Source: Paraspadella gotoi (Eukaryota > Animalia > Chaetognatha). From it: 64,000 bases of DNA. Position 1 is the stretch's first letter, and each line of letters starts with the position of its first letter. This document shows positions 10,225 to 22,900 of the stretch, piece by piece. Position numbers and translations under genes: made by a program. Under the pieces are notes generated by a model that was given only the letters and a program-made list of their open reading frames with translations, had not been told where the DNA came from and searched no databases. Where the stretch lies: the NCBI GenBank assembly GCA_051294375.1, contig CM119267.1, positions 10,225,458 to 10,289,457 of the forward strand, written 5' to 3'.

Positions 10225-11635
10225 TAAACAAGTTTGAGCAAACATTGCCGGATCATAAGCGGTAAGCAGCTGATCCGATGATTAATCAATTAATTAAATA
10301 ATTAATTTTTTAAATATTTTTTTTAGAGAAAACAAAGTTTTTTTGAATTTATTACAACGATTTATTTTAATAGACGGACATGTTTCGACTCTTTGAAATT
10401 CAAAGAGTCGAAACATGTCCGTCTATTAAATATAAAATCGTTGTAATAAATTCAAAAACACTTTGTTTTTCTCTAAATATTAAACAACAACGAAAAGAAA
10501 GGATTATCACATCAATTTTTTTTTTAAATTCCTTTCAATGCTTTCTTTTTTATTTCTTTTTTTTAGTCGGATCTGCTTTCAGCAGATCCCGACTCTATAA
10601 TTCGGTCCGCCCGCTCATTTTTGTCGGTCATTCACTTACATCATGTCAGAACATCGAATTATGATAAATTATGCAAAAAAAATGTCCGTCCGTCCCATCT
10701 TAGCAAAAAGCTCCAATAACTCGTGATTGGGTGGTTGGATTGGAATGAAATTTTGTGTGTGGGTAGGAAAGTGTATGATGAAGCTGGATATAAAGTTTCG
10801 ATGGAATCGTGCGAGTGGAAATGAGTTTAAATGAAAAAAATATGAGTCACATTTACTTGACTCTTTTTACTTATTTTATTAATCGAATTAATCATAATTG
10901 GATGGCTAGATTGAGTTTAAATTTTGTGTGCGGGTAGGAAAGTGTGTGAAGAAGCTAGATATAAAGTTTTGACGGAATTGTGCCAGTGGAAATGAGTTTA
11001 AATGGAAAAAACATAAGTCACATTTACTTGAATCTCTATTATTTATGATTACTAATAAATATTTTATTTAATTAATGTGAAAAAATGATGCCAGTTAAAA
11101 AAATGCCAGTTCAAAAAAATTTAAAAAAATATTGTGATTTATCATCTGATTACCGCTTAATTATCGTAGGCAGATCCGACATTGTTTGCTCAAACTTGTT
11201 ATTCTTCTTTTCGTCTTTAATTTACCGAATTAATTAGTAAGAGTTAGTTCAGCTTTTTTTTTATATTTAATATCCAGTTATCCACTTCATTGATCGGGAA
11301 GCCAGGTACTCTGGGAGTGAATAAACGAGACTGTGAGAGAGTCTTGATTGAAAACTTGCAGGGACCTGCTATGTCATTATCTTGTAAGATACCCACACCT
11401 ACGCCACACCTACCCACACACAAAATTTCATTCCAATCCAATCATCCAATCACGACTAATTGGAGTTTTTTGCTAAGGGGGGACGGACAGACGGACGGAC
11501 ATCGTTTTTTTTTTGTTTTTTTGCTTAATATGATGTTCTGATGTGAAGAAAATGATTTACCGACAAGATTTAGGGGTGGGACCGACAAAGTGAATTTTAC
11601 AGTCGGAATCTGCTGATATTCAGATCCGATTAAAA
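10225..11635. mobile_element. Composite of non-autonomous DINE-1/Helentron-like elements with interleaved inverted repeats
   Basis: 10565-10770 is inverted relative to 11405-11635, with GTCC/GGAC microsatellite and terminal hairpin tcggatctgc..gcagatcccga. 10225-10285 is inverted relative to 11140-11205. Direct duplication 10740-10865 / 10900-11035. Confidence 0.6.
10323..10477. repeat. ~155-bp near-perfect palindrome carrying the 3' half of a Penelope-type hammerhead (GAGTCGAAACATGTC) on both strands
   Basis: Arms tttagagaaaac...gacatgtttcgactctttgaa / ttcaaagagtcgaaacatgtc...ttttctctaaa, centre at 10398. Confidence 0.75.
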
Positions 11636-11789
11636 ATAGTTCGAAAGAAGCTCGGTCGAAAAAGAAGAAAAATTCGTTTCACGTTGCTAATAAAACATTA
11701 AAGAAAATAGAGGAGGCAAAGAAATCCTTTTTCGAAACTCCCATGGTGATGTCTAGAAACTAAAAAAAGATTGGTTTTTCCTTAAACAG

Positions 11790-12773
11790 AGCAAAATTAT
11801 TCTGAAACAAATACCAGCTGGGCAATTAGAAACGAAACGAACGAAAGTGATATAGAACAAGAATGTTCAGCCTCCAATAAGTTAAAGATCGTAAATATGG
11901 AGTTGGATCTAGAGCCACAGAGATTTGAGATTTCCGTTTCTGGCGAAAAAACGCTCTGCGACGACTCAACAATTTCCAACGAAGTCTTTTGTTATTAGAG
12001 ATAAATCGGGAGTGAACGCGAGCGCCACGAAAACAAAAGGAGTTGAAACGGGCGGTCCTCAGCAGAGCGTCGGCGAATCTTATCTCACGTTCGTTCCTAC
12101 AGTAGTTGACGACGAACCGTTGGAAATCGAGAAAATAGCAAAAACGCTTTACGGCCTGCCGTTACTAATCACAAGTCTGGAAATGTCGACTGAGGAATTG
12201 GCAAACATGGTAACCTCGACGTAGGAAAATGAGGCGGACATCGACGAGGTAATTCTTCCTCTCGTGATACCGTTGAGGTGAAGAGTTTCGCTTGGCGCTT
12301 TTGTGATGCCTGTCTCAAAACAAAACGCGCGTTTTCACCACCGTGGAAGACCGCGACTTGCACAAAGGAGTTTTAGGTAAAGTTACAAATTTTGCCGCGT
12401 CGAGAAGGAAATTTCACCTTGTGAGCGAACGTCACCACAGGAATCTGGCGGTTTCTAAAAACGGAAACGATTAAGAAAACTAAGTTGGTCGGGATTAACG
12501 GAGAGTGGGCCGAGGGAGCAATCGCCTGAAGATTTGAATTTTGACTTTATGGAAGAGGCTGACAGATTCATCGAAAATCATTATCCGGACGTTTCCCCAG
12601 CCTCTGTTGGGGAAAAACCGAGCGGGGATACTTTTTTCAGCAATTCAGATCCCACGAGGGAATCTTTTTCCCACCTTGGATTTTCCGTCGGATTGCAAAC
12701 CCCGGAGCCGGTGTGGTCTCCAGCTCCTTTGTCTGACTGTGAAAGTCCCTACTTGGAATTGCAATTTTTGTAA
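11790..12773 (+). pseudogene. Degenerate coding-like segment (acidic, low complexity) with in-frame stops and frame switches
   Basis: Codon-like GC content and protein-like stretches interrupted by TAG/TGA (e.g. MVTST*ENEADIDEV). No recognised family. Confidence 0.3.
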
Positions 12774-12880
12774 ATTTTCGTAAATATTCGTAGCCTCTAC
12801 TGTTTGAACAGAAATAAGTTTTATTCAGTTTTATTGTTAATTGTTATTTCAAATTTTTCAGTCATTTGCATATCGGACTG

Positions 12881-15406
12881 ATGGGAATCAAACAGGAAAT
12901 TTCGGATGACGATCTGGAGGTAAAATCTTTTGAAAATGTACTATGAATTTGTTGATTATTTCTTGTTCTTCTCGTTTTATGATTTTCGAGATGTTTAGTT
13001 GCTTCGCTGATTTAAAAATTGACAGGTTTTTGTTTCGCTTAGGATGGAGAAATGCGTGAAGTGTTGTTCACCTACGGGGAGGACGAGGTGGAATATCCCG
13101 TTCTCCTAGTTAAAGAAGAGGGCGAGGTTACTGCACTCGGAGCACGTTGTTCTCATTATAAAGGCGTTTTAGCCGATGGAGCTTACTTTAATGGAGTTAT
13201 TCGCTGCCCGCTGCACGGAGCTTGCTTTAATGCCAAAGTAAGTGTATGTCTGTATGAGGATGTGTATTTTGCTGACGAAGACCACGACAAAGAATCGAGG
13301 CCGTTCGGCTTCAATGCTTTCTATTTTGTAATTTTTGTCGTTTATATTTTTTTTCTCGGTCAGACTGGCGACATCGAAGATTTCCCGGGATTGGACAGTC
13401 TCCCAGTTTTTAACATTTCCCGTGACAAGGGAAAAATCTTTTTGGAATTTGACGACATCGAGGATATAACCAAATTCAGGTCCAAGCCAATGTGCAACCA
13501 GGATTCGGAGCAGCAAACCTATGTTATTTTAGGTAAAAACGTAGTAGAAGTTTACTTGTGATTTAGAAATAAATTCCCAATTTTACCAGGTGGCGGTCCC
13601 GCTGCCTTATCTTGCGCTGAAACATTACGACAGAACGGTTTTTTTGGTCGGGTTATTATGGTCATCAAGGAAAAGCATCTTCCTTATGATAGAATAAAAT
13701 TGTCGAAGTCGCTTAGCACAGAAGTTGACTCAATATTGCTTCGTCAAAGAGACTATTTTAAGGTAAATAAAACACATTGTTGTAGTCAATATTGTAAAAT
13801 GGCGAGTTAGTGATATTCAAACTTAATTATATCTTTTACTATTTGCTATTGTACAATAAAAATCACCTTAATTATTGTAGATATTTTAGTACCCAAGTAT
13901 GTTTTTTTAGGAGCATGACATAGAATTACTCCTTGACGCGGAAGTTGTGGCTTTGAACCTGGTGAACAAAAGTGTGATGACGAAACGTTACACTCACTTG
14001 TCGTATTCAAAGCTCCTCATTGCCACTGGATCCTCGCCCCGGATCATCCCTTTTCTCGGAGGAGAAAAAGCCAAAAACATATGTTTTTTGCGATCTCCTG
14101 AAGATGCTAACCTCATTCATCAGAAAGCAGTCGGACAGGATATTCTCATTGTCGGATCTAGTTTTATAGGTAAGGGGAGATGGATTTACAGTCTTAAGTG
14201 AGGTCTGTTTAAATAAATTTTTTCTTTGTCAGGCATGGAAGTGGCTGCCTGTTTGTCGAGTGTATCGAAGAGTGTGACTGTGGTATCGATGGATGAGTTT
14301 CCCTTTCAAATTCAACTGGGCCCCGAAGTAGGGGAATGTCTCAAAAAATGGCATGTGTCAAAAGGCATTCGGTTCCAGTGCAAAACCACTGTTCGCAAAG
14401 TTCACACCGAGCCTGTTAATGGGGACGTTTATGAAGTTGTCCTTAACAATGCCAAAATCATTCCTGCTTGTCTTATTGTGGTTGGAGTTGGTATTATTCC
14501 AAATACCGGATTTTTAAAAAATCTTCCGACACAAGGTGTGGTTAATAGCTGGTTATGTGCAAAAGACACATTAATATTAAAAATCATATGTTAACATTAA
14601 ATGTTATTTTCAGTTTTAATTGGATTTTTCCTTTGTGATTACTTGATAAAATTAACTGATGACCCGATTTCCATCCCTTATCATTAAGAGGAACGTTCTC
14701 AACCGTCCATTGATCTCACGCCTGAAGGATTCATAAAAGTATCCTCTTTCATGGAGACAAGCGTCCCGGACGTTTACGCCGCAGGCGATATTGTTCAATT
14801 TCCGCTTCCCTTGGCCGATGACGAACCTGTCTCAATAGGCCACTGGCAAATGGCTTTAAAGATGGGCAATGTCGCTGCCAAAAACATGTGGATCGAGCCG
14901 GAGAAAAACGATAATCAGAACGAGGAGCAAAGCGTTGAGGGCCAAGAGTCGACGGCCGAAACGGAAGAAGAGCCTGAAGCGCCGCCTGATCCGCGCACTG
15001 CCTTTAAGTCCGTTCCCGTGTTCTGGTCAATGCAGTATGGAAAAAGCCTCAGGTACGCCGGTTACAACGCGGGATACGACGATATCATCGTCCATGGATC
15101 ACTAGCCGTAACAAAAGTCCACCCAGAACCTAACTTTCTTGTCTACTATGTAAAAGAGGGTACAGTTGTTGCGGCTGCGTCTCTTAACAGGTAAACCTCT
15201 TCAGTCTTTAGAGATCTGAGACCATGGATTTTACCATTTTAGGGAACTGTCGCTATGTTTCCAGGGATCCCTTCGTGATGCAGTTTGCGGAGGCGCTGAG
15301 AAACGGTTTCATTGTGGAACCAGATCACGTACGAGAAGACCCGGCTGGATTTTGGGAGCCGTTGAAGGCTTGGACCTTGGAAAATACACAACCACAAGCT
15401 TCATAA
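12881..15406 (+). CDS. AIFM3: AIFM3-like Rieske [2Fe-2S] + FAD-dependent pyridine nucleotide-disulfide oxidoreductase
   Basis: Rieske CSH...CPLHGACF, GGGPAA, PYDRIKLSK, ATGS, GSSFIGME, TSVPDVYAAGD, HWQMA, VPVFWS. About 7 exons with GT-AG introns. Confidence 0.9.
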
Positions 15407-16012
15407 ACGTTTCAATCAAACTATCTTAATGGAAAGCGTTGGACCTGCGAACATCTATACATCGATTATGTATCTACAAATAATTACACTATAAACTCTT
15501 GACCCTAATTTGCAGACCATTAAAAATTGTTTTTTACTTTACGACAAATGTATTTAATCAACTAATATTTTGTTGTTAAAATTTTGCCTAATTAACACTG
15601 CAATCATTTTTTCCATTGAGGGATGAACCGCCCGGTATACGACGAGCCAGTCTGAAGTATAACGACTTGAACAAAAATTGATCTCCTTCGCTGTTGACTA
15701 ACTTCTTCACTGATGTTATAAAATAATAAATTTAAAATGGTTTATTTAACAGCAGGTACAATCCGTTCAAGTTGGTAATTATCGGCTTTTGGCCTATATT
15801 TTGTACAATAAATATTCTAAGGCAAAATAAATCAGTATTGTTTTTGCTTATGTTTGAGCTAGTTTCAATTGTCGATTTTAAAAATGATATTGACCAACTG
15901 AATTTCAAAAAAGGCTACTTGTAAATATTTGAAATAACCAGTCGCTTTTTAAATATCATTTTTCAATGACGTAATTAAGTTTTATAGTTAAAGGCTACAT
16001 ACAATTTTTAGT

Positions 16013-16957
16013 TCATTTTGATTTGTTCGACTTGACGTGATATTTGTAAAAACACACTTCCCAAAACCACCACAATAAAATTCTTTCCATAGAACTCCTT
16101 TCTTTAGCGAATCCGCACTTTTCGTAGAGGTTTTGTGCTTGTTTTTGAGCTCCACTCGAGTAAAGAACAATTTCCTTGTACGAATTTTGTTCGCAGAATT
16201 CGACGACGTGATTGACTAGTCGTGTGCCGATGCCTCGCCGTCGGTAAGACGTTTCCACAAACATTCTTTTCAGTTGCGCCACGTCGGTCGTCTTTTTGTC
16301 GACGGCGACGGTGCCAACAATCTGATCAGTTTTTTCGTCCATCGCCACCCAAAATCTCCGCTTGGACCGGTTTTCTTTGACGTCGGCGTAGTAGTCGTAA
16401 AGGTTCTTCAGATCGGGATGATTGTTGGGCGACTGCACGAGGAGATAGGTTAGATATACGAGGAACATCGCCACGAACATGAAAGAGGAGACGATGCTCA
16501 TTTCCCAAGATCCCGTCCAAAGAAATGTAAAGAAGCCTCCGCTAAGAAGAAACAAGTTTGCTCTCCACTGCAGAAGAGTATGTCCATAGAATTCCCACAT
16601 GTCCTGCTTCAGGTGTAGTCGTTTCATGAATCTCACTGCGTCGGCGCTCTGTGTCTCCGAAAGGGGGCGGACAACGACGCCGTTGTCATCATTCGACTTC
16701 GCTGGTGAAGCTTTTTCCGATGAATTTTCATCGCTTTCTCCGTTTTCAACGACGGTATTGAGTTTTCGGGGAACGCGATGACGCGTGGTGCCGCTGCCGA
16801 AGATCCCCTCGACGATCCGTTGCGCGCTTTTCCAGGCTACGCCGGCCACTCCGGTTGGCGTCGACGAGTTCTCTCGGGAGGCCCGCTCCGAGGCACGAAC
16901 CTGCTTTTTGTGAATGCCGCGAGCGACAAGTTGCTTGTTACCGGATTTATTCACCAT
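16013..16957 (-). CDS. Membrane-associated GNAT N-acetyltransferase, NAT8/camello-like
   Basis: Hydrophobic hairpin, then FWVA..IVGTVAV..QLKRMFV..RRRGIG..AQNLYEKCGF. Intronless. Confidence 0.88.
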   Translation of the reverse strand: MVNKSGNKQLVARGIHKKQVRASERASRENSSTPTGVAGVAWKSAQRIVEGIFGSGTTRHRVPRKLNTVVENGESDENSSEKASPAKSNDDNGVVVRPLSETQSADAVRFMKRLHLKQDMWEFYGHTLLQWRANLFLLSGGFFTFLWTGSWEMSIVSSFMFVAMFLVYLTYLLVQSPNNHPDLKNLYDYYADVKENRSKRRFWVAMDEKTDQIVGTVAVDKKTTDVAQLKRMFVETSYRRRGIGTRLVNHVVEFCEQNSYKEIVLYSSGAQKQAQNLYEKCGFAKERSSMERILLWWFWEVCFYKYHVKSNKSK

Positions 16958-17490
16958 TTTATCGAATATTTCTCTCCTAATGACGCGGTTTCAGCCAAAG
17001 TTGCTCCTCAGGGATATTACATTTGTAAAATGAGTAATCGTGAAAGATTTCCTAAATTTCTCGGTTACGATATGAAACCAATGTTTTTTATTGGAGGGAT
17101 CAAGCCTTAATTTTGTTAGCCAATGTCAAGTTGGTGAGTCATAATGGTGGTAGAGGGAAAGGAAGGAACTGAAACTCGCCCCGATGTTCTTTTGTCACTG
17201 CAATCCGTACGAGCTCTGTGTTTGGTTCAGCTCAGTTTTTTTTTCCGTTTAAATACCCATCATGATCTCTCCAGTTGCCATGTTGCGTTGTTAATTGAGA
17301 AAAACAAGAATGTTTTCCTTAATTTACGGACAATTACTGATGTAGGCTCATATTATACTATTCACGAATCTCCGACTTCGCGCTCAGGGAGAAATCTAAA
17401 GCCCGGAATTTGTAAGATCGAATCAATAGCTATTTATTTCGACGTAATCTTGAGTGGATAATTAAAAACCGTCAGCCGACTTGCCTCATC
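16958..17490. promoter_or_regulatory. Probable bidirectional promoter between the GNAT gene and XRCC1
   Basis: Head-to-head start codons about 530 bp apart. Inferred from gene geometry only. Confidence 0.45.
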
Positions 17491-19839
17491 ATGCCCGTCA
17501 TCTACCCTAAAAACGTAGTTAGCTTTACCAGTGAAGACAAGGTGCAGTGCGCCGATAATTTGTTAAAGCCTGAAACTTACCGGTAAGGTTAAAACTATTC
17601 TTGTTTCCCGGAACTTACTAATTCTTTTCGGGGCTAATAAACTGATGAACATTGATTTTAAAGTAAATGGCGCACCGCTTCGGGTGGCGAGGGTCAAGCC
17701 AGCGTCGTTCTCGAGTTTTCCAAGGCCGAGGAGATCCACTCGGTCGACGTCGGCAACGAGGGCGCCACCTTCGTGGAGATCCTGGTCGGCGACGCCGACG
17801 CGCAGGCAAAGGTTGACTTCGAGGTGCTGTTGGGCGCCTCAGCCTTCATGACGCCGGCGGAGGCCAAGTCGTGGACAAACGTGAATAAAGTCCGCTTCTT
17901 TGGCCCCGAGAAACTGAACAAGACCGCGCGCGAGAAAAGATGGACGCGAGTTAAGATCGTCGCCACGCAAAACTTCGACAAGACTCATCCTTTTGGTCTC
18001 GCATTCGTCAAATTTCGTTCCCCGCCGGAAAAGGAAGTCGAAAATAAACAAGAACCAGTGAAAAAGTTCGGCGCCTTCGGGCTAAAGGAAAACGGGACGA
18101 CGTCGCCTAAGCCGTTTCTGGTGATTACGTCGGGAGTACTATTTAGTATTAATTTTATTATTACGTAATATTATCGTCCTTTTTTTATATTTAAAGGCCG
18201 CCGGCTCCCTTTTCGACAAAGTGAAAAAAGAGCCTGAAACGAAACCTCCTGCTGATAGCGCCGCAGCCATTCGACTAGGCGCCGTTTCGCCTAAAACTTC
18301 TCCTTTCCAATTCAAAAAAAAATTTCAAAGCCCTCGCCCTATTTTTCAACCGGCGCAAACCCCTAAAGTGGAGTCGTTACCTTTGCAAGAGAAACCGAAA
18401 CCTGTTGATAATTCTGGGTTAGTAAACCAAGCTTTCTTTAAGAACTCTTAAAAATTTAAGAAGTTATGCGTTTATCTGTAATGCTGCATGCCCTTTTGAA
18501 TGTACTGTTTCAACTAATTGTTGTAAACGAATAAAACACATATATTAAAACCTTCTTATTTAGATTATACAACACAACGTTGCCAAAAAAGCGTCCATCG
18601 TCGCCGACCAGCCCCGCGGAGGCCTTCAGCGCTAAAAAGAAGAAACTCGGTGAAAAGGCTGCTGTAGAGGTTCCGTTTTCGAAGACTTTAGCCGGTGTGA
18701 CCTTTTCTTTGTCGGGATATCAAAACCCTCTTCGAGGAACCATTCGAGACAAGGCCTTGGAAATGGGGGCCAAATACAAAGGCGACTGGGATTCCTCCTG
18801 CACTCACCTTGTTTGTGCCTTTTCGAACACGCCTAAGTTTCAACAGGTTATTGAGAAAAGGCAATGCGCGTTTCCGCTCCCCATTTTCTTCTACCCGACT
18901 GTGTTTTCGCATTAGGTCCTGGGCAAGGGCAAGATCGTGACGAAGAGATGGATCGAAGATTGTCACAAGGAACGGAAGCGCCTCCCATGGCGAGACTATC
19001 GACTCGATGACGGCAGCAGTGGAAGCGACTCGGACCCGGAACCGACCAAGAGGAGAGGAAGGAAACGAAGCGGAACGCCCGTTGTCGCTCCCGTTAGCAA
19101 TGCAACACCCGAAAGGCTGGCAGCACAAAAATCTTTTCATGATGACGAAGACGAGGCTTACAACGCAACTACGGAGGTAGATTCTGATGTTGAGGTTATT
19201 GGAGGACGACCTGGAGGAGGAGTCGACGACGATGAACCTAACACTGAGGACGAGTTGGAAAAACTTCTGCAAGGAAAGGAACAAGGTTTGTGAAAAATAT
19301 ATTAAATTCTAATTTTAGATTGTCGACACATATGACACACACACATCTGACGTAATTAAAAACGCATACATTTTTGCATTCGTTTTCAAACGTTTTTAAA
19401 AAATATTCCCTGTTATAGCTGCGCCGAAACCAGTCAAAGAAGACGAGGACTCGTTACCAGATTTGCCCGCGCTGCCAGATTTTCTTTCCGGAAAACACTT
19501 TATGCTCTTCGGCTCTTTCGACGCTGGTGCAAAAAAGCTATTGAAGCGTTACATAATCGGTAGGACGTTATTTTTGTCTATTTTATTTTACTTCATTTGA
19601 TCTTCTAATTTTGTAATAAAGGCTATGGAGGAGAGATGAGTCTCTATATGAACGACTCCGTTGACTTCGTGATTACAACGTCGACGTGGGATTCTAATTT
19701 CGATGACGCTATCGCCGACAATCCCGATCTCAATTTTGTCCGACCGAAATGGCTCAAAATCTGCCATCAAAGATCTAAGCTCGTGCCATACCAGCCGTAC
19801 ATTGTGGCGCCGCCCATGGACGACGACGACGACGACTGA
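17491..19839 (+). CDS. XRCC1: DNA repair scaffold XRCC1
   Basis: NTD (VVSFTSED..ADNLLK..IHSVDVGNEGATFVEILVG..FGLAFVKF), BRCT1 (LSGYQNPLRGTIRDKALEMGAKYKGDWDSSCTHLVCAFSNTPKF), BRCT2 (LPDFL..FVRPKWL). About 7 exons. Confidence 0.95.
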
Positions 19840-19970
19840 ACATTTACTATTTTATACCAATTTTTTTGTTTCATTTACTTTTGTTTATTTTTTAGTGAAA
19901 CGAAAAGAAAATGAAATAAAGAAAGAAAAGTCCTCGGCTCATGTGAGCGGCGACACCTTAATCCAGCGCC

Positions 19971-22900
19971 ATGGACGACGATGACTTTTTCTCCGCATTT
20001 GAAGAACTTCAAGAGTCGACGGCCAAAGCGGAGGCCATTCATCGAGCGCTGTCTTCCGAAGCACCCGATCGCCTTTTGGAGACTGTCTCTCGAACCTCGA
20101 CGCACTCCACGGACTCTGCGGCGTCGGGGTCGTCCGACGTGGAGATTATCGAACAACCCACTCATCCACTTCCGACGCGGAACATCCATTCTCCCGGCCC
20201 ACCATTGGGCTCCACGCCCATTTCCCGACTAAACTTGGTGACCAATGCCGATGGTTCTCGGACCATCACATTGGCGTCGGGCACCGATGCCCAGGCCTTG
20301 CTCGGCGGACTGCGTCCCTCCGCGCCAACGAAGATATCTGTGATACCGAATCGACTTCAAACGGCGCAAGCGCAGAACGCCGTAATTCGCCCCGGCCAGC
20401 AGATGGTCAATATGAATCCGAGTCTAAACGCTCCAACGACAAACGGGTCGGTTTTGCAGAATCTTCTTAAATCTCCGTCGTCCACGGTCAACGGTTCCGC
20501 CGCCGTACCCACCGCAGTCATGGTGAATTCGCCCGCTGCAATAAGGAGCGCCAGACCGAATTTGGCATTCAATTCCATGGCGTCGCGATCGTCGTCGCCT
20601 CATCAGCACCAGATGATTAACAACGCTCGTCTACCCATCAATGCGGTGAATCAGCAAAACGCTGCGATCAACAACGCGCGCCATTCCATCAACACCGCCG
20701 CCCAAGAATCCGCTCAAAAAGCCTTAGCTGCTGAGGCTCAACAAGAGGAGCTAGAAGAGCTGGGACACCACGGAGAAACATTTGCCGACTATCATCCGAA
20801 GAAGCTCAAGCTCGGGCGCAAGCATCCGGATGTAGTGGTTGAAAGTGCGTCGTTATCCAGCGTCGAACCACCGGAAGTCACGTATCAGCACCACATTCCT
20901 GAACATGTCATAGAAGCGGGGTACTTGTCGGCGTTACAGGTTATCGTCAGTCTTTTTTAACTTTATTGTAGTGCTACAATGTTAAGTCTACAATTTTGCA
21001 TTAAATCTTCATTTTGACATTTTTGCAGCTCGAATCCATCATCTACGCCTCGATGCAGCATGAACAGTTTCTTCCCGACGGGACGCGTGCGGGCTTCTTG
21101 ATCGGTGATGGGGCCGGGGTAGGAAAAGGACGTACCTTGGCGGGTATCGTTTACGAAAACTGGCGTCATGGACGGAAACGCGCAGTTTGGTTGTCAGTGT
21201 CCAACGATCTACGTCTGGATGCCGTTCGCGACCTTCGCGACATCGGGGCCGGAAAGATTTCAGTTCATCCGCTGTCCAAGTTCAAGTACGGCAAATTGTC
21301 CTCCGAGGAAAACGGAAAAGTAAAAAAGGGCGTCATCTTTGCCACCTACTCTTCGCTCATCGGGGAGAGCCACACGCCGGGCAAGTGGGACACGAGACTA
21401 AAACAGCTCCTCAAATGGTGCGGAAAAGATTTTGATGGTCCCATCCTGTTCGATGAATGTCACAAGGCCAAAAACCTTTGCCCGGCTGGATCGGCGAAAC
21501 CCACCAAGACAGGTTGCTTTGGGGGACGATGAGTAATGGGCTTCTTTTGGACGAAATCGTCTTATAATTTTTTTGACCCACTAGGATTGGCTGTGTTGGA
21601 GTTGCAGAACAAGCTGCCGAACGCTCGAGTCGTTTACTCGTCAGCGACGGGGGCGACGGAACCGAAGAACATGGCTTACATGACGAGGCTCGGACTCTGG
21701 GGTAAGGGGACGACCTTCAACGATTTTAACGACTTTATTCAGGTAAATATCCTTCTATCGAATGCAAATGTTGTCTATACGATATGATATGATTCTTTAT
21801 CCATCAATCAGGCCGTGGAACGCCGCGGCGTTTGCGCTATGGAATTAGTCGCAATGGACATGAAAATGCGAGGTCGTTACATCGCGCGACAATTGTCCTT
21901 CTCCGGGGTGTCTTTTAGAATCAGGGAGGTGCCCATGGATCCCCTGTTCAAATCTAAAGTTTATGATCAAAGCGTTAAGCTATGGGTCTTAGCCCGGGAA
22001 AGTTTTCAAGAAGCCTCGGATCTTTTGGATCTGGATCAAAGAACTCGCAAAACAATGTGGGGACAATTTTGGTCGTCACATCAGAGATTTTTCAAATATC
22101 TTTGTATCGCAGCTAAGGTATGTTACGGTTAAGAAAAAAAAAGTTTTTTGACAATCCACCGTCAATGGTCCGACATAATATTATTTTTTTTCTTACCTAG
22201 GTGCCACATGTAGTCGCTGTTACGAGGGACTCTATAAAAGACGGAAGCAAATGTGTAGTTATTGGGTTGCAATCTACCGGTAAGCATCATGAAAATGTAT
22301 AGTATTGTATAGTATAGTATTGTATAGTTCTTCTCTTTAGTTCCTCATAATTTAACATACCGCAGGTGAAGCGAGAACTATGGAAATGTTGGAGGATTGC
22401 GGTGGCGAGCTGCAAGAGTTCGTATCTACCTGCAAAGGAGTTTTTCAATCTCTAGTCGATAAGCATTTTCCCGTGCCGAATAAGCAAAGGACCAAAAAGA
22501 TCGATCTCATAGGAGAATTATTATCCAGTCAAACGTCGAGGTTCGCAGATAACCGTTTCATAGTGCCAACAGCTCAGCTTCATGTGTAGTCACTAAATTC
22601 GTATCGTTTTATTCCAGCCCCCTTTCGTTTAAGCCATCGTCGCCCGTTCCCGGCGCCGGTGACAAACGAAAATTTTCTGAAGATACTGGAAACCCAGTTT
22701 CGAAAAGACAAAAGCAAGACAGTGAGGAGAGCGAGGTTTCGAGCAGCAGCAGCGACGATGAGGACGACGACGATTCCAATGAAAACAAGTCAGTTCATTA
22801 TGCTTTCTGATTTTCATTAATACTTAATTAATAATTAATTAAATGTAAATGTTCATCATCTAGATCCGACTCGGACTCGGAGAACGACGATTACAATCCC

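Noticed and set aside
13237-13362. In-frame 126-nt AIFM3 intron containing CTGACGAAGAC (hammerhead- or snoRNA-like)
   Set aside because: No GAAA core or stem II, and C/D boxes are not convincingly placed; treated as an ordinary intron.
15615-15715. GC-richer patch with GGATGA and CTGA motifs as a C/D snoRNA
   Set aside because: Imperfect C box, no terminal stem, no recognisable rRNA antisense element.
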